Shown: one piece after another, positions 57,123 to 64,000 of the stretch
Layout of the letters: each line of letters opens with the position of its first letter
How positions within the stretch are numbered: position 1 is the first letter of the stretch
From: an uncultured Eubacteriales bacterium
Lineage (GTDB): Bacteria; Bacillota; Clostridia; Peptostreptococcales; Anaerovoracaceae
Assembly (NCBI GenBank): GCA_902776725.1
Contig: CACYQX010000002.1
Span: forward strand, 34,400-98,399
Length of the DNA: 64,000 nt
Direction of reading: 5' to 3'
Made by a program: the position numbers and the translations under genes
Notes under the pieces: generated by a model
What the model saw: the letters and a program-made list of their open reading frames with translations, nothing else
What the model was told of the DNA's origin: nothing
Databases searched by the model: none

Positions 57123-58111
57123 TGGCTGCTAAACCAAAAGCCGGAGGACTCGGAAGAGGTCTTGGAGCCCTGTTCGCCGACTACCCCGTTTCCGATATGG
57201 AAAAAAATGTAAATAAAAAAGAAAAGTCTTCGGCCACTGCAGGCTCAAGTAAAGATGCCGCCAAGCAGGCGGAAAATGCCAACCAAAAAGCGGTTTCGAG
57301 CTCGGCTGTAAACCCCGAAGACCTTGAAAATACAGTAATTCTCGTAGACATAAACGATATCAAGCCGAACGAAAATCAGCCGAGAAAGAATTTTGATGCG
57401 GAAAAAATAAGCGAACTCGCGGACTCCATCAAGGAGCACGGCATCATCCAGCCGCTTCTTCTCCGAAAAGAAAAAACAGGCTATGAGCTCGTTGCCGGAG
57501 AGAGACGTTGGAGAGCTGCGAGGGAGGCGGGGCTCAAGAAGGTCCCCGCAATCGTAAAGGTTCTCACAGACCAAGAAAATATGTTGGTTGCGATAATCGA
57601 GAACATGCAGAGAGAGGATCTCAATCCTGTCGAAGAGGCCGAGGGTATAAACCAGATGATCAAAACCTACGGACTCACCCAGGAGCAAGTGTCTAAAAGC
57701 CTTGGAAAATCAAGGCCTTACATCACTAACGCGCTGAGAATCCTGGCTCTTCCGAAAGAAGCTTTGGACAGTCTCGCGGCCGGTGAAATTACATCGGGAC
57801 ACGCAAGGGCGCTCCTCGCGATTCAGAATAAAGATCGTCAATCAAGCGTTCTAAAGAAAATCATAAGCGACGGCCTATCCGTGAGAGATGTCGAGAGAAT
57901 CGCGCAGGGCGAGAAGCCGAGCGCCAAGAAGACCCGCGGTCGCAGGATGGAAAAGAGCAGAGATGTTCTGGCGGTCGAGCAAGATCTCAAAGAAATTTTC
58001 GGAACAAAGGTCAGCATCGTTTCAAACGGCAAGAAGGGCGCGATTGAAATCGAGTATTACAGCGTCGAGGAACTAAATCGACTCATCGACCTCATCAAGA
58101 CGATTAAATAA
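57122..58111 (+). CDS. parB: chromosome partitioning protein ParB/Spo0J
   Basis: GLGRGLGAL, QPRKNF, AGERRWRA and ENMQREDL motifs. Confidence 0.97.
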   Translation: MAAKPKAGGLGRGLGALFADYPVSDMEKNVNKKEKSSATAGSSKDAAKQAENANQKAVSSSAVNPEDLENTVILVDINDIKPNENQPRKNFDAEKISELADSIKEHGIIQPLLLRKEKTGYELVAGERRWRAAREAGLKKVPAIVKVLTDQENMLVAIIENMQREDLNPVEEAEGINQMIKTYGLTQEQVSKSLGKSRPYITNALRILALPKEALDSLAAGEITSGHARALLAIQNKDRQSSVLKKIISDGLSVRDVERIAQGEKPSAKKTRGRRMEKSRDVLAVEQDLKEIFGTKVSIVSNGKKGAIEIEYYSVEELNRLIDLIKTIK

Positions 58112-58139
58112 CTCAGACAGAAAAAATATAAAAAATCAT

Positions 58140-58169
58140 GAAATCGGGCGAAGCAAATCGCCCGATTTC
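58140..58169 (+). terminator. hairpin after parB
   Basis: GAAATCGGGCGA-agcaaa-TCGCCCGATTTC perfect stem with a weak U-tract. Confidence 0.6.
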
Positions 58170-58244
58170 CTTAAATTCCCAACAAAAACCCTCCTTAAGC
58201 CATGTCTCTCTATGGTATAATATTTGGTACACTCAATTTAGAGA

Positions 58245-60068
58245 ATGGGAAAGCAGATGGAACCAAACAAAGACAAAAATGAACTTAATATTGAGGCGCC
58301 CAATATCCCTATTCCTGCCTGCATCGTCAACGAGGACGGCAAGATAGAGAGCGCCAACGAACACATAGAAAAAGTTTTCCCCTTCGGCGGCGTAGAGGAG
58401 CAGGATTTCTTTGCTCTTTCCGGCGTCAAGTTTAAGATGCTCAAGTCTATCGCGGGAGCAAGCGCAGACGACGAAGAGAAAGAAAAAGACGCCGATAAAG
58501 AATCCACACCGGAAGAAATAATCATAGAAAGAAACAGCCGGAGGTTCTCGATAACGGCAAAGGCTCTCGAAAACGGTAAGCTCTTAGTCTTCTTCTACGA
58601 CGTAACATCATATGAAGAGATAAGAGACAGATATGACAGAGAGCAGATTTGCGTCTGCAGAATCAACGTCGACAACTACGATCAATTTACAAATGCCGTT
58701 TCTTCGGAAACGGGGATGGCGGTTTCGACGGAGCTCAATAAGATAATCAGAAAATGGTCGGCGGAAATCGGCGGAGCGATCGACAAGATCAAAGAAACGC
58801 AGTTCGTAATCCACTTCCAAAAAGCAAACCTGGAGGAGCTCACCGCAGGAAAGTTCCAAATTCTCGATGAGGTGAGAGCGATAGAAACCGGAATCGACTT
58901 TCCGCTTTCGCTCAGCATCGGAATCGGCGTAGAAGGAAAGGATATTTCCGAGACCGCGGAGTTTGCTGCTGCGGCTCTCGACCTCGCGCTCGGACGTGGC
59001 GGCGATCAGGCCGTAATCAAAAACCAAAACAGAATTCAGTACTACGGCGGAAAGACTCAGTCCGTCGAAAAGAGCAACAAAGGAAAATCCCGCATCGTAG
59101 GACATGCAATCAAGAAACTCATAGAGCAATCGAACAGAGTTTTCATAATGGGACATCAGCACGCGGATATGGACGCGTTCGGATCCGCGATGGGAATCTA
59201 CAGAATTTGTCTCACCTGCGGAACGGAAGCCTTCATAGTGATAGACGAAATTCCGGAGAACATAAAAGCATTCTACGAGCAGGTTCGCGCAGCGGAAAAC
59301 TACAATATGATCGGAACCGAGCAGGCGATGAGCATGATAGAAAAAGACACGCTCGTCGTTGTCCTCGATACGCATAGACCGAGCTATCTCGAGGCACCGG
59401 AGCTTCTTGAAAAAACCGATCAGATTGTTGTCATAGACCATCACAGAAGAGCAGAGGACAATATCGAAAATCCTACGCTCTCGTATATAGAGACCTATGC
59501 ATCTTCGACGGCGGAGCTCGTAACGGAAATGCTGCAATACGTTCTCAACAGAAAGACGCTCGTAAGACTCGAAGCAGAAGCTTTGCTCGCGGGTATGACC
59601 ATCGACACAAATCGATTTGCGGTAAAGACAGGTGCGAGAACATTTGAAGCGGCGGCGTGGCTAAGACGCTCAGGAGCGGACACGACGGAAATCAAACGCT
59701 ACTTCCAGATGGAAAAGGATGCCTTCCACGTTAGGGCGGAGGCTCTTGCGGGAGCTGAGATTCACGAAAGCGGAATCGCAACGGCTTTGACCAAGGGTGG
59801 CGGCGCGGATGTTCAGGTAATCAACGCACAGGTCGCGGACGAACTTTTAAATATAAAGGGTATCAAGGCGAGCATTGTCGCGGGCGTAAACCACAAGGGA
59901 ATAACCTGCGTGAGTGCAAGATCTCTCGGAGATATGAACGTGCAACTCCTACTCGAAAAATTCGGAGGCGGAGGACATCTCACGGTTGCGGGCGCACAGG
60001 TAGAGGACGCGCCGGAAGAAGCGCTCGAAAAAATACTTAAAGCAGCAGAAGAAATGGAAAGAGAATAA
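58245..60068 (+). CDS. gdpP: cyclic-di-AMP phosphodiesterase GdpP (PAS, degenerate GGDEF, DHH/DHHA1) lacking N-terminal TM helices
   Basis: ALGRGGDQ, MGHQHADMDAFGS, VIDHHRR, SARS and GGGGH motifs; upstream of rplI. Confidence 0.92.
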   Translation: MGKQMEPNKDKNELNIEAPNIPIPACIVNEDGKIESANEHIEKVFPFGGVEEQDFFALSGVKFKMLKSIAGASADDEEKEKDADKESTPEEIIIERNSRRFSITAKALENGKLLVFFYDVTSYEEIRDRYDREQICVCRINVDNYDQFTNAVSSETGMAVSTELNKIIRKWSAEIGGAIDKIKETQFVIHFQKANLEELTAGKFQILDEVRAIETGIDFPLSLSIGIGVEGKDISETAEFAAAALDLALGRGGDQAVIKNQNRIQYYGGKTQSVEKSNKGKSRIVGHAIKKLIEQSNRVFIMGHQHADMDAFGSAMGIYRICLTCGTEAFIVIDEIPENIKAFYEQVRAAENYNMIGTEQAMSMIEKDTLVVVLDTHRPSYLEAPELLEKTDQIVVIDHHRRAEDNIENPTLSYIETYASSTAELVTEMLQYVLNRKTLVRLEAEALLAGMTIDTNRFAVKTGARTFEAAAWLRRSGADTTEIKRYFQMEKDAFHVRAEALAGAEIHESGIATALTKGGGADVQVINAQVADELLNIKGIKASIVAGVNHKGITCVSARSLGDMNVQLLLEKFGGGGHLTVAGAQVEDAPEEALEKILKAAEEMERE

Positions 60069-60069
60069 A

Positions 60070-60516
60070 ATGTTAGTATTACTTAAACAAGATGTAAAAG
60101 GATCCGGCAAAGCCGGCGACATAGTCAAGGTGAGCGACGGTTATGCTCGCAATATGCTTCTCCCAAAAGGACTCGCGGTAGAAGCGACGGAGGGAAATAT
60201 CCGCGCGGCCGAAAAACAAAAAGAGCGCCAGGCGCAGAAGGCTGCAGAGGATAGAGCTGCGGCAGAGGCCCTCGCGGAAAGCATCAAAGAAAAATCCATC
60301 GAGATAAAGACCAAGGCGGGAGAAGGCGGAAAACTCTTTGGTGCAATAACATCCAAAGACATTTCGGAAGAGCTTCAGAAGCAACTAGGTCTCGAGATAG
60401 ACAAAAAGAAAATCGAGCTCGAGTCTCCGATCAAAAGTCTCGGAACATATACCGCGGTTTTGAAGCTTTATTCCGAAGTCAAAGGCGAACTAAAGGTTTC
60501 CGTAGTAGAAGAATAA
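60070..60516 (+). CDS. rplI: 50S ribosomal protein L9
   Basis: DVKGSGKAGDIVKVSDGYARN and GKLFGAIT motifs. Confidence 0.98.
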   Translation: MLVLLKQDVKGSGKAGDIVKVSDGYARNMLLPKGLAVEATEGNIRAAEKQKERQAQKAAEDRAAAEALAESIKEKSIEIKTKAGEGGKLFGAITSKDISEELQKQLGLEIDKKKIELESPIKSLGTYTAVLKLYSEVKGELKVSVVEE

Positions 60517-60557
60517 ACATCGACAAACAAAAAAGAAAAACCAAAGAAGGAGACAAT

Positions 60558-61883
60558 ATGCCAGAGAGAATTCCTCCGCACAGCAAAGAAGCCGAACAGG
60601 CGGTGCTCGGTGCAGCGCTATTAAATAAAGATGCACTTTCCGACGTAATAGAAATAGTTAAGCCGGAAGACTTTTATGACGCTGCGCATAAAGAAATATA
60701 TTCGGCGATACTTGACCTCTTCCAGAGCAATGTAAGAGTCGACATTATTACCGTGAGCGAAGAACTCAAGAAGCGCGGAAGCCTCGAACTCGCGGGCGGC
60801 AGAGCTTATGTTGCTTGGCTCCCGGACAATGTTCCGTCGGCGCTGAATGCAGCGGGCTATGCAAACATAGTCGCAAAGAAATCCGATCTCAGAGCTTTGA
60901 TTTCTGCGGCAGATGATATTAGAGACAGAAGTTACAGAGAGGGCGACGAGTCGTCTACAATCCTCGATAAAGCCGAGCAGAGAATTTTTGAAATCGCACA
61001 GAAGCGTCAAGGGAGAGACTATACGCACATCAAAGACGTAATGAGAGATTCGCTCGACCTAATTGACAAGGCCGCAAGAAGCGAAGGAACGCTTACCGGA
61101 GTTTCCACCGGATTCTCGCAGCTCGACAAAATTACTCGAGGACTTCAGAAGTCAAACCTCATAATCGTTGCGGCGAGACCTGCGATGGGTAAGAGTGCCT
61201 TTGCTCTAAATATCGCATTGAACGCAGCAAAGAAATCCGACGCGTCTGTTCTCATCTTCAACCTGGAAATGTCCAAAGAAGAAATCGGAAACAGACTTCT
61301 CGCAATGGAAGCGAATGTCGAGATGGAAAGAATCCTTGAGGGAAAAACGCTTACTCAGGATGACTGGAGCGCAATCGGCGAAGCAACCAATCGCATGGGC
61401 AAGATGAATATAACGATAGACGACACCCCGAACATAAGTATCCTCGAAATGAAGAACAAATGCCGTCGCATGAAGGCGGAATACGGACTAGACCTCGTGG
61501 TTCTCGACTATTTGCAGCTCATGGATTCCGGAAGCAAGGTAGAAAACCGTCAGCAGGAGATAAGCAAATTCTCGAGAGGACTCAAGCTTCTGGCAAAGGA
61601 AATGGAATGTCCGGTTATAGTTCTTTCGCAGCTCAACCGTGGACCGGACCTGAGAGCGGACGACCACAGACCGAGAATGGCAGATCTTCGTGAGTCGGGT
61701 TCGATCGAGCAGGATGCGGACATCGTAATGTTCCTCTATCGAGACGACTACTACAACAAAGAAGAAAGTCCGATACCGGGCGTTTGCGAAATACATATAG
61801 CAAAGCATCGTAACGGACAGACCGGAAAGATAGACCTCGCTTGGGTTGAGCGCTACACAAGGTTCAACGACATCGCATATTAA
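60558..61883 (+). CDS. dnaB: replicative DNA helicase (DnaB; DnaC in Bacillus nomenclature)
   Basis: PPHSKEAEQAVLG, AARPAMGKS, DYLQL, LSQLNR, DLRESGSIEQDAD and AKHRNG motifs. Confidence 0.98.
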   Translation: MPERIPPHSKEAEQAVLGAALLNKDALSDVIEIVKPEDFYDAAHKEIYSAILDLFQSNVRVDIITVSEELKKRGSLELAGGRAYVAWLPDNVPSALNAAGYANIVAKKSDLRALISAADDIRDRSYREGDESSTILDKAEQRIFEIAQKRQGRDYTHIKDVMRDSLDLIDKAARSEGTLTGVSTGFSQLDKITRGLQKSNLIIVAARPAMGKSAFALNIALNAAKKSDASVLIFNLEMSKEEIGNRLLAMEANVEMERILEGKTLTQDDWSAIGEATNRMGKMNITIDDTPNISILEMKNKCRRMKAEYGLDLVVLDYLQLMDSGSKVENRQQEISKFSRGLKLLAKEMECPVIVLSQLNRGPDLRADDHRPRMADLRESGSIEQDADIVMFLYRDDYYNKEESPIPGVCEIHIAKHRNGQTGKIDLAWVERYTRFNDIAY

Positions 61884-61924
61884 TCGCATATTAAAATCGC
61901 ATACAAAAAAGAAAAAGTATAATA

Positions 61925-63208
61925 ATGAATTTTATAAGACCAAAGGTGTCAGATCTCAATATGGCGGATCTGACCGTCGAAAACATTTTCATAAACGAGT
62001 ATATGCCGGAGGCTGACGGAGATTTTGTCAAAGTCTATCTTTTGGCGCGACTCTATGCGGAAACCGACAGAAGCATTTCCGACATAGAGATGGCCAAGCA
62101 GCTAGGCATCAGCAAGGACAGAATCCTTGAGGCGTGGAACTACTGGGAAGAGTGGGGCGCAATCAAGAAGCACTACCTCGGCGGTGACGGACGTCTCGAT
62201 TTTGCCGTGGAGTTTGTCAATCTAAAAGAAATGCTTTACGGAGGAGAATCGGATGAACCGCTTCTGATAGAAACCGATCCCGAAATCAAAGTGAGACCGG
62301 TCTTTGGAAACGAAGAAATTAACTCCCTAATGGAGCAGATAGAAAAAACTTTTGGAAGAACGCTTTCGCCGACAGATCTTCAGTCGATCATCAATTGGAT
62401 CGAAGAATACAAGGCTACGCCGGAAGTGATTCTGAAGGCCGCAGATTATTGTGTGGCAAAAAACAAGATGAGCTTCCGCTATATGGGTTCACTCATAGAA
62501 GGTTGGGTTGCACAGGGATTAAACACCGCCGACAAGATCGACGACTATCTGGAGGAGTTCGACCAAAAGTTTTCGAGATATAAGAGAGTAATGCGCGCGC
62601 TCGGTTATTCCAAAGAGGCGTCGGAAGAGGAGCGCAGAATCATGGACACATGGTTCGACACTCTCGGTTTCAATATGGACAAAGTTCTCGAGGCGTGTTC
62701 CAAGAGTGCAGGTATCAACAATCCTTTCCTATACGTCAACGGCGTTTTGAAGAATTGGAAGAAGGATGCGGCTCAGGATAACAGAGATGTAAACGACAAG
62801 AAGCCGGTTTCCAATTCCGTGCTCAAGGATTATTATAATTTCCTGAGAGAAAAAGCGGAAAGAGAAGCCAAGGAGAGAAGAGATAAAATCTACAGTGAGA
62901 TTCCGAAGATAAAAGAAATCGACGAGCAGAACAAGATCATCGGAACGCAGCTTGCAAAAGCATATTTGAGCGGAGATACCGAAGAGGGCGGAAGACTAAA
63001 GGCCGAACTCGAAAGGTTAAACGAAGACAGAGCATTCTATCTTGCGGAGCACGACTACGATATGGATTATACAGATCCAAAGTTTGCATGCACGGAATGT
63101 AACGACACGGGAATTGCGGAGATGGGGGGACCCTGTCCTGTTTGCAGAGAGCAAAGAAGGATGGAGGCAGAGATATGGCAAAGCGAAAGAGAAATAAAAG
63201 AGACATGA
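61925..63208 (+). CDS. DnaD/DnaB_2-domain protein with a fused C-terminal coiled-coil and Cys4 Zn module
   Basis: VENIFINEYMP.A.GDFVKVYL winged helix; two DnaB_2 repeats (YMGSLIEGW, YVNGVLKNW); C-terminal CTECNDTG...CPVC. Confidence 0.85.
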   Translation: MNFIRPKVSDLNMADLTVENIFINEYMPEADGDFVKVYLLARLYAETDRSISDIEMAKQLGISKDRILEAWNYWEEWGAIKKHYLGGDGRLDFAVEFVNLKEMLYGGESDEPLLIETDPEIKVRPVFGNEEINSLMEQIEKTFGRTLSPTDLQSIINWIEEYKATPEVILKAADYCVAKNKMSFRYMGSLIEGWVAQGLNTADKIDDYLEEFDQKFSRYKRVMRALGYSKEASEEERRIMDTWFDTLGFNMDKVLEACSKSAGINNPFLYVNGVLKNWKKDAAQDNRDVNDKKPVSNSVLKDYYNFLREKAEREAKERRDKIYSEIPKIKEIDEQNKIIGTQLAKAYLSGDTEEGGRLKAELERLNEDRAFYLAEHDYDMDYTDPKFACTECNDTGIAEMGGPCPVCREQRRMEAEIWQSEREIKET

Positions 63209-63738
63209 GCGCAGGCCGCATCGCCATGATAGCTATCGTGGTGGGCCTTCTTATCGGAATCGCTTTGGTGGCAAAGAATATAATCACTCTTTCGCTAGAG
63301 AAGCGTGCGCTTTTACAACAGAATAGTGAGCTCACGGATAAACGCGACGAACTTGCAGCGGAACTTGAGAACGTAAACGACCTCGACTATATAGAGGAGC
63401 AGGCCAGAAAGCTTCTCCACATGATTAAGCCGGGGGAGATTCTTTATATTCTTAACGGAGGGCATCCAAAGGACGAGAACGGAAACCTCGATATCGAACT
63501 TCCGACTCAGCCAAATGTGACAAACCAAGAAGAGACATCCGAAGAGACATCCGAAGAAACATCCGAAGAAGAAAGCACAGAAACCGAGGCAGTAGAAAAT
63601 TCCGAGGAGGAGACGACAGAAGAGTCCGCGGAAGAGCAATACGCGGAAGAGTATTACGAAGAAGAAACATCGGAAGAGAGCTCGGAGGTTTACGAGGAAT
63701 CCACGGGAGACGAAGACAATGAAGGCTCCGACGGATAA
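63175..63738 (+). CDS. septum formation initiator FtsB/DivIC family protein with a long acidic tail
   Basis: Basic N-terminus, TM helix, coiled coil and YIEEQARKLL.M.KPGE; EETS repeats in the tail; ATG 63175 after GGAGG. Confidence 0.85.
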   Translation: MAKRKRNKRDMSAGRIAMIAIVVGLLIGIALVAKNIITLSLEKRALLQQNSELTDKRDELAAELENVNDLDYIEEQARKLLHMIKPGEILYILNGGHPKDENGNLDIELPTQPNVTNQEETSEETSEETSEEESTETEAVENSEEETTEESAEEQYAEEYYEEETSEESSEVYEESTGDEDNEGSDG

Positions 63739-64000
63739 TAACCTTCCAAGGATATCGGAAGTAATCGTCGTTGAAGGACGTGACGATACAGCAGCTATTA
63801 AGAGAGCCGTGCGTGCAGTTACAATCGAGACGCACGGCTTTGGTATATCTAAAAACACTTGGGAAAAAATCGAGAACGCCCATCGCGATCACGGAATCAT
63901 AATTTTTACGGACCCCGATCACGCGGGCGAGGAAATACGAAAGAAAATTCTGGAGAGTTATCCCGATGCCAAGCAAGCTTTTCTGACAAAGGAAAAAGCC
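63719..64000 (+). CDS. rnmV: ribonuclease M5 (5' part, runs off the window)
   Basis: Not in the ORF track. ATG 63719 gives MKAPTDNNLPRISEVIVVEGRDDTAAIKRAV...IETHG...GIIIFTDPDHAGEEIRK (Toprim motifs). Confidence 0.92.
   Translation, partial: MKAPTDNNLPRISEVIVVEGRDDTAAIKRAVRAVTIETHGFGISKNTWEKIENAHRDHGIIIFTDPDHAGEEIRKKILESYPDAKQAFLTKEKA

Noticed and set aside
63146-63300. Frameshifted continuation of the loader into an AAA+ domain
   Set aside because: The sequence after the Zn motif is an intact ftsB-like gene with its own RBS, and no Walker motif is visible.

Overview
Chromosomal replication-origin region of an anaerobic Firmicute. Gene order (rsbW-sigB near gyrA, ornithine Stickland genes, gdpP-rplI-helicase) suggests a Clostridia/Peptostreptococcales-like organism; this is inference only. 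Left to right: end of an ornithine-oxidation operon (ord-ortA-ortB-oraS') with a sigma-54 promoter and a divergent activator; rlmH; a polysaccharide deacetylase; rpsF-ssb-rpsR; a nucleotidyltransferase; rubredoxin; plsC; a CxxC lipoprotein; a ~7,080-aa sortase-anchored surface protein; sigB and rsbW; a second 2,090-aa surface protein; gyrA-gyrB-recF-dnaN-dnaA with a bipartite oriC; rpmH to parAB with three parS sites; gdpP-rplI-helicase; a DnaD-like gene; ftsB; rnmV'. Best leads: (1) a DnaD-like protein fused to the N-terminal Zn domain of the clostridial helicase loader with no AAA+ ATPase, plus a DnaA with a rewritten box-recognition helix and a recurring variant box TTATCCTAA; (2) a SigB module whose RsbW has lost its kinase motifs, gained cysteines and has no adjacent RsbV, with a consensus SigB promoter in front of rubredoxin; (3) two families of short modules inserted many times into the Ig-like domains of the giant protein. 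No CRISPR array, IS element, tRNA or rRNA was seen. All family calls come from reading motifs by eye; no searches were run.
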